Below the pieces are notes generated by a model. It worked only from the letters and a program-made list of their open reading frames with translations, had not been told where the DNA came from and did not search any database. Positions 10,050 to 20,161 of a stretch of 64,000 nucleotides of DNA are shown here, one piece after another (the stretch's first letter is position 1; every line of letters begins with the position of its first letter). Location of the stretch: positions 32,001 to 96,000 of IMG/VR virus record IMGVR_UViG_3300047558_000077; one strand, given 5' to 3'. Both the position numbers and the translations under genes were made by a program. The DNA is from a virus.

Positions 10050-10988
10050 ATGAGCAATGACTTCCTTTGGGTAGAAAAGTATCGTCCTCACAAGATCGAG
10101 GACTGTGTTCTTCCTGATCGTATCAAACAGGCATTTCAAGAATATGTGAATAAGGGGGAGATTCCAAATCTCCTTCTTTCTGGGCCCGCTGGTTGTGGTA
10201 AAACTACCGCAGCCATGGCTATGTGTGATGAAATCGGTTGTAACTATCTTTTCATCAACTCCTCAGAAGAAAGAGGCATTGATGTTCTAAGAACAAAGGT
10301 CGTAGGTTATGCGTCGACCGTATCGCTTACTGGTGGTCGTAAGGTTATCATTCTAGACGAAGCCGACGGCCTGACACCAGATACGCAAGATGCTCTTAGA
10401 GGTGTTATTGAGAAGTTTGCTTCCAACTGTTCTTTCATCTTCACATGTAACTTCAAGGCAAAGATCAAAGACGCTATTCATTCTAGATGCTCCGTCGTTG
10501 ACTTTACCTTGAAGTCTACTGAAAAGCCTGCTATGGCTGCTAAGATGTTCAAGCGTATTGAACAGATTCTAAAAATCGAGAGTGTAGATTATGACAAACA
10601 AGTTCTTGCCAAAGTTGTCGAAAAGTATTTCCCAGACTATCGTAGGACTCTTAATGAACTACAACGGTATTCTGTTGCTGGAAGCATTGATGCTGGTCTT
10701 GCTGCTCAACTTGACAGCGTTCGCAGCCTTAACGATCTAATCAAGTCTCTCAAAGATAAAGACTTTACGGCTATGCGTAAGTGGGTGGTTCTAAACTCTG
10801 ACATTGATCCTTCACGCATTTATCGTTCGGTGTATGATAATCTAAATCAGTATCTAAAGCCAGAGTCCATTCCCGCTGCGGTTGTAACGCTTGCTAAGTA
10901 TCAGTATCAGTCCGCCTTTGTTGCTGATCAGGAACTAAACTTGGTTGCTTGTCTGACGGAAATCATGGTTGAGTGTGAGGTGAAGTAA
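10050..10988 (+). CDS. gp44: Clamp loader large subunit
   Basis: LWVEKYRP, GPAGCGKTT, ILDEAD, SRC. Confidence 0.95.
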   Translation: MSNDFLWVEKYRPHKIEDCVLPDRIKQAFQEYVNKGEIPNLLLSGPAGCGKTTAAMAMCDEIGCNYLFINSSEERGIDVLRTKVVGYASTVSLTGGRKVIILDEADGLTPDTQDALRGVIEKFASNCSFIFTCNFKAKIKDAIHSRCSVVDFTLKSTEKPAMAAKMFKRIEQILKIESVDYDKQVLAKVVEKYFPDYRRTLNELQRYSVAGSIDAGLAAQLDSVRSLNDLIKSLKDKDFTAMRKWVVLNSDIDPSRIYRSVYDNLNQYLKPESIPAAVVTLAKYQYQSAFVADQELNLVACLTEIMVECEVK

Positions 10989-11479
10989 TGGCTAAAATGG
11001 ATTGGAGTAAAGCGAATCATTCAAATAGTTTAGAATTGGGTTCTAAATCATCTTTTGAGGCTAGAAAAGCGAAAGAACTCAAACAAATTGTAGATTTACA
11101 AGAAGAGAATGTGGGAAAATATAAGAAGTCTTATGTTCAAGAAACATTCGATAATAGTCCTTTTCAGACAACCGAAGAATTTGAAAAGTCAATAGTAAAA
11201 TCCATAAAAGAAGAACAAGAAAAAGAACTCAATGGATCAAAAATCAATGGACATGTAAAGTTAACTGGAGGTAAGTATAGACATTTCAACTATGATGATG
11301 TTTGGAATGCCGATCCTGATTACATCCTTTGGTTATTCTGGAATACACCACATGACTTTATTAGACAACAGATATTGAGGTCTGTGCCTATTACTGAAAA
11401 TGTTGGTATGTATTTCAAGAAGATCGAGATGCCTACCGTAAAGAAACTTGCCGTTCAACCTACATGGTGGCAATATTGA
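10988..11479 (+). CDS. Hypothetical protein inserted between gp44 and gp62
   Basis: Coupled stop/start; GGKYRH...DPDYILWL resembles exonuclease X C-terminal-like modules. Confidence 0.5.
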   Translation: MAKMDWSKANHSNSLELGSKSSFEARKAKELKQIVDLQEENVGKYKKSYVQETFDNSPFQTTEEFEKSIVKSIKEEQEKELNGSKINGHVKLTGGKYRHFNYDDVWNADPDYILWLFWNTPHDFIRQQILRSVPITENVGMYFKKIEMPTVKKLAVQPTWWQY

Positions 11480-11892
11480 CTGATCTATTCAAAGATGTCA
11501 TTCCATCCATTCTACAGACTAAGAAGAATGTTCTGGAGAATGAAAAAGACTATAGTGCTTTCGTGGTGAATCGGGCCCTCTCGTTTCACTACGATTGCGT
11601 TTTACAAGTCAATGAGATGAACCAGTATCCAGGTTTGCCTGCTAATATGCAATATCACTATTTGCTAAATAGCATTAGAGGCTATAAACGCCCTTTTAGA
11701 AAATGGGAAAAGCGTGAAACCATTGAGGACTTGGAAGCCGTAAAAGAGTATTACAACTACTCTAACGAAAAGGCCAAAGAAGCATTGGTTTTGCTAAACG
11801 CTACCCAGTTAGAACAAATAAGAAAAGAACTAAACAAAGGTGGCATAAATGACAGCAAACCTAGAAGACTTCGTGGAAGTAAGACTTCCTGA
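11464..11892 (+). CDS. gp62: Clamp loader small subunit
   Basis: YSAFVVNRALS, NEMN, VKEYYNYSNEKAKEAL, KGG; position before regA; true start may be TTG 11476. Confidence 0.9.
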   Translation: MVAILTDLFKDVIPSILQTKKNVLENEKDYSAFVVNRALSFHYDCVLQVNEMNQYPGLPANMQYHYLLNSIRGYKRPFRKWEKRETIEDLEAVKEYYNYSNEKAKEALVLLNATQLEQIRKELNKGGINDSKPRRLRGSKTS

Positions 11893-12262
11893 TCCTCAAG
11901 CCTTCTTGAAAGTGAAGGAGACTTTGACTCGTATTGGTGTAGCATCTAAGAAAGATAAAACTCTCTATCAGTCATGTCATATATTACATAAGCAGGGTCA
12001 TTATTACTTGGTACACTTCAAAGAGATGTTTATGTTGGACGGTAAGCCAACAGACTTCTCCGAAGAAGATCGTGGCAGAAGAAACACGATTGCTAATCTA
12101 TTAGCAGAATGGGGTCTAGTCACGCTAGTCGATAAAACTAAATCACAAGAGCCACTAACACCTCTAAACCGCATCAAGATAATCTCTTATGGTGAGAAAG
12201 GTGAGTGGAATCTAGTCGCCAAGTATTCTCTTGGTAAGAAAAGATTTTCAGATACAGAATAG
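11849..12262 (+). CDS. regA: Translational repressor RegA (T4 type)
   Basis: FLKVKETLTRIGVAS, LYQSCHILHKQG, VHFKEMF, RRNTIANLL. Confidence 0.95.
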   Translation: MTANLEDFVEVRLPDPQAFLKVKETLTRIGVASKKDKTLYQSCHILHKQGHYYLVHFKEMFMLDGKPTDFSEEDRGRRNTIANLLAEWGLVTLVDKTKSQEPLTPLNRIKIISYGEKGEWNLVAKYSLGKKRFSDTE

Positions 12263-12276
12263 AAAGTGAGTTTGTT

Positions 12277-12885
12277 ATGACTACATTGAAGATTTGGAAA
12301 ACACATCCCGATATTCAAATACCAAAGCACCAGACCACACAGTCTGCTTGCTTTGATCTAGCTTTTCAAGGTGCCGGCAAAAGAGAGTATAAAGGCTATT
12401 CGCATATGAATAAGCCTTTCTCTCGCCTACTTTCAGGATCTATCACAATCGCTCCTGGTGATCGTGTTCTAATTCCAACTGGTTGCATCATGGATATTCC
12501 AGAAGGATATTCGGTTCGTCTTCATGCTCGTTCTGGAACATCTCTAAAGCAGGGACTTGTTCTAGCTAATGCGGAAGGTGTCATTGATTCTGACTATGTT
12601 GAAGAAGTGTTTATCATGCTATGGAACATTTCTGGTAACGCTGTTACGATTAACAACGGTGATCGTATTGCACAGGCAGAACTTGTGAAGAATGAGGAAT
12701 ACACAATTGAGCAAACACCAGCCCGTCCTTTGCCCAGAACTAATCGCACAGGCGGATTTGGTTCTACAGGAATCACATCAAAAGATGATATGATTCTAAT
12801 AAATATACCACAAACTTTGGTTGTCGAGAAAGTTGAGGAACCTGTCGTGAAGCGTGGTAGAGGAAGACCGAGGAAGAATGCCTAA
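12277..12885 (+). CDS. dut: Trimeric dUTPase with C-terminal AT-hook
   Basis: ACFDL, ARSG, GVIDSDY, GDRIAQ, RTGGFGSTG; tail KRGRGRPRK. Confidence 0.92.
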   Translation: MTTLKIWKTHPDIQIPKHQTTQSACFDLAFQGAGKREYKGYSHMNKPFSRLLSGSITIAPGDRVLIPTGCIMDIPEGYSVRLHARSGTSLKQGLVLANAEGVIDSDYVEEVFIMLWNISGNAVTINNGDRIAQAELVKNEEYTIEQTPARPLPRTNRTGGFGSTGITSKDDMILINIPQTLVVEKVEEPVVKRGRGRPRKNA

Positions 12886-13420
12886 AGCACATAGAATTGG
12901 TGATCAAAGAATGTGCGGCGCTACTACCACAAGCGCCGGATTGAACACCAACGTCTTTGTCAATGGTATGTTAGCCGCTGTTGCCGGTGACCGTAACGAT
13001 CATAATAATCTAGGTGCATTGATATCATCATCACCTGGTACCATATTGATTAATGGTGTTCCTATGATCGCATCTATCATGGATAATTCCTCACCAGATC
13101 AGATTGGATTAATCACACACGTTACAGGACTTCCTACACCAGCAACAGGTTCACCAAACGTAAATCTATATGGAGGTTCCGGATCGTTTGCGGGTGGACT
13201 AGGTTCATTTGGCGTATCCGGACTTCCTAATGTGGGCGAGCTTTTATCATTTGCTGGTAATATTGTAGGTCAAGTATATCGAACTGCAAATCAAGGAAGC
13301 AACTCTGGTATGCTGGCGATGAACAACATAACATCAAACACACAACCAACCACAGGATCTACAGTTACAGGAGTCACAACAGGGAGAACATTCACGTTTT
13401 CCTCATATTATACATCTTGA
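12878..13420 (+). CDS. PAAR-like spike-tip protein with C-terminal extension
   Basis: KAHRIGD, VFVNGMLAAVAGD, ILINGVP, TGSPNV repeats. Confidence 0.7.
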   Translation: MPKAHRIGDQRMCGATTTSAGLNTNVFVNGMLAAVAGDRNDHNNLGALISSSPGTILINGVPMIASIMDNSSPDQIGLITHVTGLPTPATGSPNVNLYGGSGSFAGGLGSFGVSGLPNVGELLSFAGNIVGQVYRTANQGSNSGMLAMNNITSNTQPTTGSTVTGVTTGRTFTFSSYYTS

Positions 13421-13451
13421 CAACAGTATAGAGTTTACTATATAATATAAC

Positions 13452-13504
13452 AATGATAGCCGAAAGGTATCATTCCTTATAATCTCGCTGAAAAGGAGAA
13501 ACAC
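13452..13504 (+). promoter_or_regulatory. ROSE-like RNA thermometer in the hsp20 5' UTR
   Basis: 5' hairpin AATGATA..TATCATT, then TCTCGCT-GAAA-AGGAGA with a bulged G opposite the SD. Confidence 0.65.
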
Positions 13505-14044
13505 ATGACAAACTATAAGTTTAACACAGAAAACTTCGCATTTCCTTCCGCTCTAGCCAGACAATTCATTGGCTTCGATTCGGTACTTGAAAATTTCAAT
13601 CGAGCTACCGAGCAATTGACCAAAGCTACTAATTATCCTCCATACAATATCAAGAAAATTGACGAAGAACATTTTGTAATCGAAATGGCAGTTGCTGGTT
13701 TCGGTAAGCAGAATCTTGATATTGAATTAAAGGACGGCGAACTGACCATTACTGGTAGACATGACGCCGACGAAAGTGACTACATCTACCAAGGCATTGC
13801 TAACAGGGCTTTCACCCGTAAGTTTACTCTTGCCGATACAGTGGTTGTAAAGAATGCCGAATTGGTCAACGGCCTATTGAAGATCGCTCTTGAACGTTAT
13901 ATTCCGGAAGAGAAGAAAGCGAAGAAGATCGACATTCTAGATCCATTCGGTGTTGGTGAAACGACAAGGCAATTTCTCACCGAGAGCGGCAAAGTTTGGG
14001 CCGAAGGCCTACAGAAAGTCGCAGAAACTATGACGCCTAAATAA
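13505..14044 (+). CDS. hsp20: Small heat shock protein (IbpA/Hsp20 class A)
   Basis: NYPPYNI, IEMAVAGF, YQGIANRAFTRKFTLA, AELVNGLL. Confidence 0.95.
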   Translation: MTNYKFNTENFAFPSALARQFIGFDSVLENFNRATEQLTKATNYPPYNIKKIDEEHFVIEMAVAGFGKQNLDIELKDGELTITGRHDADESDYIYQGIANRAFTRKFTLADTVVVKNAELVNGLLKIALERYIPEEKKAKKIDILDPFGVGETTRQFLTESGKVWAEGLQKVAETMTPK

Positions 14045-14106
14045 GACTGACATGGCCGAGGCCTCTGCCGCAAGGTACGCCTCGGTCCTCTTTATATGAT
14101 GTTACT

Positions 14107-14415
14107 ATGGAGCATGTGATGAAAAAACTCATTCTATTATTCTGTCTTATTCCATCTATCTCACTAGCCGAAGGCTTCGAATGTAGCAAACATGACGGTA
14201 ATGTTGTGTGTAAGGCTAAAGAAAATGGTGTTGCGGTAAACTCTATTTCAATTAATGGTGGTGAATGTGCTTCTCCTTATGATGCTAAGATATATCATAA
14301 GGTAATGAAAAAGGGCGACAAGTTCACCGTTCCTGGTTCTAAAGATTGTTTCTATGTTAGATCGGTGCATATAAATACGCACGACGGTGAAACACATCGC
14401 CATAATGCCATGTGA
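14107..14415 (+). CDS. Small secreted Cys-containing protein
   Basis: Signal peptide MKKLILLFCLIPSISLA; four Cys in the mature part. Confidence 0.55.
   Translation: MEHVMKKLILLFCLIPSISLAEGFECSKHDGNVVCKAKENGVAVNSISINGGECASPYDAKIYHKVMKKGDKFTVPGSKDCFYVRSVHINTHDGETHRHNAM
14370..14377 (+). promoter_or_regulatory. T4-type late promoter ahead of the glycosylation island
   Basis: Exact TATAAATA ~45 nt upstream of the GT2 start. Confidence 0.6.
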
Positions 14416-14422
14416 GGATAGT

Positions 14423-15163
14423 ATGAAACTAGTGATTGAAAAACCCGTTACAGTTATCACACCTACAATCGGTTCCCCAAAACTTATTGACGCTATTGAG
14501 TCTGTAAAGAATCAGACTTACAAGTGCAATCATTTGATTGTCGTTGACGGTTCTGAGCATCTATCAGATGCTAGGTCTATATTCCATCGTGATACCAACT
14601 ATGTCGTTTCTCCAGAGAACACAGGAAAGACAGGTGGCAACTTCTATGGTCATCGTATCTATGCTGCTTATCCACATCTAATCAATTCAGATTACATTCT
14701 GTTCCTTGACGAGGACAACTGGTATGAACCAGATCATGTTGCCTCACTAATCGAAACAATCGAGAAGAAAAATCTAGATTTCTCCTATTCGCTTCGAAAG
14801 ATTTTCTCACCTGATAAGAAGTATCTTTGCGATGATAATTGTGAAAGTCTTGGTAAGTGGCCGATCTTTATGTCTCGCAGTTCTCCACATGGTCCTCAGT
14901 TTCTAATCGACACATCTTCCTTCTGCTTCAAGCGAGAGTTTATTCAAAAGACTTGTCATTTCTGGCATTCTGGATGGGGTGGCGATAGACGATTTTTATA
15001 CTCGGTAAAAGATAATGCTAACTACGATACAAACGGTAAGCATACTCTCTGCTATCGTCTAGATGGTAATCCCAATTCAGTAACACGAGAATTTTTTGAA
15101 CAAGGTAACAAGACACAAGAAGCATATTATGGAGGAGCGAAATATCCATGGCTAAGGACTTGA
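14423..15163 (+). CDS. Glycosyltransferase family 2
   Basis: VTVITPT, AIESVKNQTY, IVVDG, YILFLDEDN. Confidence 0.85.
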   Translation: MKLVIEKPVTVITPTIGSPKLIDAIESVKNQTYKCNHLIVVDGSEHLSDARSIFHRDTNYVVSPENTGKTGGNFYGHRIYAAYPHLINSDYILFLDEDNWYEPDHVASLIETIEKKNLDFSYSLRKIFSPDKKYLCDDNCESLGKWPIFMSRSSPHGPQFLIDTSSFCFKREFIQKTCHFWHSGWGGDRRFLYSVKDNANYDTNGKHTLCYRLDGNPNSVTREFFEQGNKTQEAYYGGAKYPWLRT

Positions 15164-16047
15164 TTATAGGTGGAGCGGCAGGTTACAATTGGGATCAATT
15201 GAAATACTGGGTGAACTCCATCAACAAAACAGGATTTAAAGGTGATATTGTTCTAGTAGCAACAGACATGTCAGGTGAAACCGTAAAGAAGCTGGTAGAG
15301 AACAATGTAAAAGTATATGCATATGGTAAGCGTAATGAAAGTGGCGGAATAGAAAAGAGTGCAAACGGTATTCCGCCGCATGTTGAACGATTCATTTTCA
15401 TTTGGGATTATCTACGTAAGAACAAAGACGACTATCGATTTGTAGTTGTCACGGATACGAGAGACGTTATCTTTCAGAAAGATCCAACAGAATATCTGGA
15501 ACAAAATTTATTGTTTGGAGCAGCCTCTATCGTATGTGCGTCAGAAGGACTAGCATACAAAGATGAACCATGGGGCAGTAAGAACTTACTTGACACATTT
15601 GGTCCATTAGTATACGATGAACTTAAAGATAACTTGATATACAATGTAGGCACAATCGCTGGTTTTTACGAAGAAGTGAGAGACCTTATATTGCAGATAT
15701 TCTTTCAGTCAGTCAATCGTCCTATTCCTATTGTTGATCAGGCTGTGTTCAACTTTATCATTAGCATGAGCACATACAATCTAGAAGTGTTGAGAACAAA
15801 CAATCAGTCTGCATGGGCTGTTCAATTAGGCACAACACTAGAAGCGGTCAAGGCAGGTGCCGGTGATATTGGACAGATTGTCAGACAAGATCCATCTAAA
15901 CTTGAAGAATATATAAAAGCGTATCAAGATAAACAGCCTACAATTGATAATGAACTTGTGATGGCTGATCATGTTCCTTTTACAATCGTTCACCAGTGGG
16001 ATCGTGTTCCTGCTATCAAAGAATTGGTAATGAAAAACTATGCATAA
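15148..16047 (+). CDS. GT-A-like nucleotide-sugar transferase
   Basis: VTDTRDVIFQ (DxxD), NVGTIAG, DQAVFN, IVHQWDR. Confidence 0.65.
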   Translation: MAKDLIIGGAAGYNWDQLKYWVNSINKTGFKGDIVLVATDMSGETVKKLVENNVKVYAYGKRNESGGIEKSANGIPPHVERFIFIWDYLRKNKDDYRFVVVTDTRDVIFQKDPTEYLEQNLLFGAASIVCASEGLAYKDEPWGSKNLLDTFGPLVYDELKDNLIYNVGTIAGFYEEVRDLILQIFFQSVNRPIPIVDQAVFNFIISMSTYNLEVLRTNNQSAWAVQLGTTLEAVKAGAGDIGQIVRQDPSKLEEYIKAYQDKQPTIDNELVMADHVPFTIVHQWDRVPAIKELVMKNYA

Positions 16048-16894
16048 GTTGAGATTAGGTTTCGCTGACACATTCGATGGTGCCAAAGAATACTTTACAC
16101 ATCTTTTATCAAAACGTTTTGAGGTAGTTCGGGATGATGTTCATCCTGACTATCTTATCTTTGGTGATAGAAACTTTGGTGAAAGCAATCTAAGGTATCA
16201 AAATTGCGTTCGTATCTTCTACACAGGTGAGAACCAACGTCCTATTGATTATCGCTGCAACTATGCAATCTCATTTGATCATCCTACAGATAGTCGGATG
16301 TTTAGACTTCCTCTATATCTAATCTATGAGTATGATCATAAGATTTGGCAGAATAGAGAAGCAAGACATGAGGATGATTTTGACAATAAGAAGTTCTGTT
16401 CCTTTGTTGTCAAGAATCCTGGTTGCAAGTATCGCAATGACTACTTCAATATTCTTTCTAATATTGCTCAAGTGGATTCTGCTGGTCCTTTGTTCAATAA
16501 CATGCCTGACGGATGGCGACCAGAAACTGTTTCTGACAAAGTAAAGTTCATGAGCAACTACAAATTCAATCTTTGTTTCGAAAATAGTTCTTATCCTGGA
16601 TATTGCACAGAAAAGCTATTTGAGGCTTTGTGTGCTAAGACTGTTCCGATTTATTGGGGTAGTCCAACAGCCGCACTAGATTTCAATCCTAGAGCGTTTC
16701 TCAATCGTTATGATTATTCTAGTGACCAGGCTTTCTTTGATGCTATCGTGAGACTACATACTAACAAGGATGCATATAATCAAATGTATCTACAGCCAAT
16801 GTTTAGGGATGATGAGTTTGTTAGAAACTTTAATCCTGATAACTTCCTAGATTGGTTTCAACAAAATGTTTATCAAGGTGTGATCAACAAATGA
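16040..16894 (+). CDS. GT10 alpha-1,3/4-fucosyltransferase-like protein
   Basis: GT10 motif YKFNLCFENSSYPGYCTEKL...VPIYWG; YTGEN. Confidence 0.85.
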   Translation: MHKLRLGFADTFDGAKEYFTHLLSKRFEVVRDDVHPDYLIFGDRNFGESNLRYQNCVRIFYTGENQRPIDYRCNYAISFDHPTDSRMFRLPLYLIYEYDHKIWQNREARHEDDFDNKKFCSFVVKNPGCKYRNDYFNILSNIAQVDSAGPLFNNMPDGWRPETVSDKVKFMSNYKFNLCFENSSYPGYCTEKLFEALCAKTVPIYWGSPTAALDFNPRAFLNRYDYSSDQAFFDAIVRLHTNKDAYNQMYLQPMFRDDEFVRNFNPDNFLDWFQQNVYQGVINK

Positions 16895-17619
16895 ATAAAG
16901 CTCTAATCATTACTCCCACAGGTCGTTCAATCTATCACCACGAAGATTATGACAAAGACAATCACTGGCGCTTTACAAAGCCAGAGAGAACATATGAAAC
17001 ATGTGTGGTGGTCTATAATGACTTTCAGCCAGAGCCAGGAACATATGACTATATCATTCGTCGTAAAGGTCTAAAGTGGAATCTCGTTCCTGAGGTTTCT
17101 AAGATTATCAACTGGCAGGACTACGACTACATTGGTGTGTGGGATGATGACTATGCTACAGATATTCAATCTATCAATAAGGCTCTTGCATATGCTCGGC
17201 GCTATGACTTTAGATTGTTTCAACAAGCAACAACCTCATTTCAAACTTACGATTGTCTAAAGCACAATCCAGAGTTTGCTTTCACGGAAACAAACTTTAT
17301 TGAGTTAGGTGTTCCATTCTTTCGTAATGATATCTATCGCAAAGTTCTTCGCTTTCTTGAGGACTACCGTTATGAGAAGTCTGATTGGGGAATTGATAAA
17401 GTTCTTTGTTACTATCTACAGGCATCGGCTCATGTTGTCCATGATACAACAGTTAGACACATGCTTCCAGATGAAAGCACCTATAATAAAGAAGATGGCT
17501 TTAGAGAAATGGAATATCTAATGCGTGACTTCTTTCCCAAGTATATGAAAGAGAACTTTGGATTAGAATATCAGTATACAGATGTTCAACAAGTGATAAG
17601 GGCTTATAAACATGGATAA
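16891..17619 (+). CDS. DUF707-like glycosyltransferase
   Basis: GLKW, YDYIGVWDDD, TNFIELGVPFF, WGID. Confidence 0.65.
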   Translation: MNKALIITPTGRSIYHHEDYDKDNHWRFTKPERTYETCVVVYNDFQPEPGTYDYIIRRKGLKWNLVPEVSKIINWQDYDYIGVWDDDYATDIQSINKALAYARRYDFRLFQQATTSFQTYDCLKHNPEFAFTETNFIELGVPFFRNDIYRKVLRFLEDYRYEKSDWGIDKVLCYYLQASAHVVHDTTVRHMLPDESTYNKEDGFREMEYLMRDFFPKYMKENFGLEYQYTDVQQVIRAYKHG

Positions 17620-18412
17620 TATGACAAGATACATCAACTGGATGGAAGTATCAGATCAGTTTAGAAAAAGTCTTCCTTTCAATCACGTTATCATTGATGA
17701 CTTTTTTCTACCGCATATTGCAGAACAGTTAGCTAACGAGTTTCCTGATTATAATGATCCGGCTCTTGGCTATTACAATAATGCCATCGAGAACAAGAAG
17801 GTCTTTAACAAGTGGGATAAGTTTCCGAAGTTAACATATCAGGCATTTACTATGCTTGGTCGTCCTAATTTTTTGTTTCATATTAGAGGTCTTATCGGCA
17901 ATCCTAACAACACCGAACTATGGATGGACTATGGATTGAATGGTGGTGGTTGGCACATGCACACCAAAGGCGGTAAGAACAATGTGCATCTTGACTACAA
18001 CATTCATCCTAAGTTAGGTGAACAACGCAAACTAAACATCATCGTATACATGACTCCTAACTGGAAGTCGGAATGGGAAGGTGGTCTAGAACTATGGTCA
18101 CATGATAATGTAACTCGTAGGCCAAAGGATCTGGTTAAGACAGTTGAAAACAAATTCAATCGTGCTGTTATTTTCGATACTACACAGAATAGCTGGCATG
18201 GATTGCCTAAAGAACTAAAGTGTCCTGATGGTGTTGTTCGTAAGTCTCTTGCTGCTTATTACGTTCAACCTGCACCAGAAGGTGCTGATCCTCGTGGCAA
18301 GGCTCTATTTGCTCCTACAAAGGAACAAGAAGGTAATCCAGAAATCGAACAACTTATCCGTGAACGCTCGAATGTGGCAACTGCCGATAAGTTCCATGCA
18401 GGTGACAAGTAA
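17612..18412 (+). CDS. 2OG-Fe(II) oxygenase
   Basis: PFNHVIIDDF, HLD, GGLELW, FNRAVIF, SWHG, RKS. Confidence 0.85.
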   Translation: MDNMTRYINWMEVSDQFRKSLPFNHVIIDDFFLPHIAEQLANEFPDYNDPALGYYNNAIENKKVFNKWDKFPKLTYQAFTMLGRPNFLFHIRGLIGNPNNTELWMDYGLNGGGWHMHTKGGKNNVHLDYNIHPKLGEQRKLNIIVYMTPNWKSEWEGGLELWSHDNVTRRPKDLVKTVENKFNRAVIFDTTQNSWHGLPKELKCPDGVVRKSLAAYYVQPAPEGADPRGKALFAPTKEQEGNPEIEQLIRERSNVATADKFHAGDK

Positions 18413-19122
18413 TGGAAGAAATAGATGTAGTATTCTTTATCAATAGTGCTATGAATGTCACTGGTCGTTCCCTCTACTCTAACGATGTTAGATGGGAACA
18501 GACACAGGAAACGATTTTATCTATTGACAAACAGGTACCAAATAATATAAAATACTTAATTGATGGTTCATTCCTACCAATTGAGGAATACAAACTTAAT
18601 TGGTTGAAAGACCATAATGTTCGTGTAGCTCTAACTGGTCATATTCCAGGTATTACAGAGATATCAAAGAACATCGCACAGTATGGTATTGGTAATAGTA
18701 TTGCAGAGACTCGTTCAATGTTCATGTTTGTGGATCACTTTCTACAGTCTGAATATGGAAACATCAAAGCAAAGCGTATATGTAAGTTATCTGGTAGGTA
18801 CAAGATAAATGAAAACTTCAAGTGGGATGATCCTAACTTTGAAAATAAGTATGTCTTCGTGAAGCATCATGCGTCAAATAGTCCTGTGAAAGAACAACTT
18901 GGTCTAACTGGATTGTTTGTCGTGCGTTGCTGGCATATGGATTATGCTCTACTACATAACTACAGAGAAGTCATTCTTAGCATCGCTAACGATTGTGCCA
19001 ATCTCGGTATCGATGCAGAGAACTCTTATTATAAAAACATTCCTAAAGATTTACTTTATGAAGTGGAAAAGATTGGCGTAGAAGGTTATGTCTCACCCGT
19101 GGGAGTCTATGAAAATGAGTAA
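18412..19122 (+). CDS. Hypothetical protein, possibly glycosyltransferase-associated
   Basis: KLSGRY motif; translationally coupled within the sugar island. Confidence 0.5.
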   Translation: MEEIDVVFFINSAMNVTGRSLYSNDVRWEQTQETILSIDKQVPNNIKYLIDGSFLPIEEYKLNWLKDHNVRVALTGHIPGITEISKNIAQYGIGNSIAETRSMFMFVDHFLQSEYGNIKAKRICKLSGRYKINENFKWDDPNFENKYVFVKHHASNSPVKEQLGLTGLFVVRCWHMDYALLHNYREVILSIANDCANLGIDAENSYYKNIPKDLLYEVEKIGVEGYVSPVGVYENE

Positions 19123-20161
19123 AACACTATTGATTACAGGTGGTGCTGGGTTTATCGGTCACCACGTTATTGACTTGTTCCTACAGAAAACTGATTGGAA
19201 CATTGTCTCACTAGATCGCCTAGATTACTCTGGCAATCTAAATCGTCTTGATGATGTTGTGCGGCGCTATCCTGTGGAAACTCGTAAGCGTGTCAAGGTT
19301 GTATATGGTGATCTTCGTGCAGAAGTCACAGCATTACAGCAAAACTTTATTGGTGATGTTGATTACATACTTCACATGGCTGCGTCGTCACACGTTGACC
19401 GCTCTATTGAAGATCCAATGTCATTCGTTATGGACAATGTTGTTGGTACAGTCAACATTCTAAACTTTGCCCGCAAGTGTAAGAACCTCAAGCGGTTCAT
19501 CTATTTCAGCACAGATGAAGTTTTCGGTCCTGCACCAGGTACTATTACATATGGCGAGCGTGATCGCTATAACTCAACTAATCCTTATTCAGCATCTAAG
19601 GCGGCTGGTGAAGAAATGTGTGTTTCCTTCGAGAACACATACAAGCTACCTATCTTCATTACACATACAATGAACGTCTTTGGACAGCGACAGCATCCAG
19701 AGAAGTATATTCCTATGTGTATTCGTAAAGTTCGTAATGAAGAGACTGTTACTATTCATTCCGATCCTTCTAAGACTACACCTGGTTCACGCTTCTATAT
19801 TCATGCCGCTGACGTTGCTGATGCCATGTATTTTCTATTGCATCTAACACCAGAGCAAGAAGCAAAAGTTCATGAGCCTGATTATGGTGGTGCCAAGTGT
19901 CCAAAGTTCAATGTAGTTGGTAAAGAAGAAATCAACAATCTTGAACTTGCAGAGTATATTGCACAAGCAGAAGGTAAGATTCTAAACTTTGAAATGGTTG
20001 ACTTCCATTCTTCACGTCCAGGTCATGATCTTCGATATGGTCTATCGGGTGAGTATATGAAGTCTCTTGGTTGGGAACCAAAGTATACTCTTCGTGATCG
20101 TATCAAGGAAGTAGTTGATTGGTCGCTTGCTAACCCAGAATGGATCGAGGTGACAGAATGA
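19115..20161 (+). CDS. NDP-glucose 4,6-dehydratase (RmlB-like SDR)
   Basis: TGGAGFIG, HMAASSHVDRS, STDEVFG, YSASK, RPGHDLRY. Confidence 0.88.
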   Translation: MSKTLLITGGAGFIGHHVIDLFLQKTDWNIVSLDRLDYSGNLNRLDDVVRRYPVETRKRVKVVYGDLRAEVTALQQNFIGDVDYILHMAASSHVDRSIEDPMSFVMDNVVGTVNILNFARKCKNLKRFIYFSTDEVFGPAPGTITYGERDRYNSTNPYSASKAAGEEMCVSFENTYKLPIFITHTMNVFGQRQHPEKYIPMCIRKVRNEETVTIHSDPSKTTPGSRFYIHAADVADAMYFLLHLTPEQEAKVHEPDYGGAKCPKFNVVGKEEINNLELAEYIAQAEGKILNFEMVDFHSSRPGHDLRYGLSGEYMKSLGWEPKYTLRDRIKEVVDWSLANPEWIEVTE

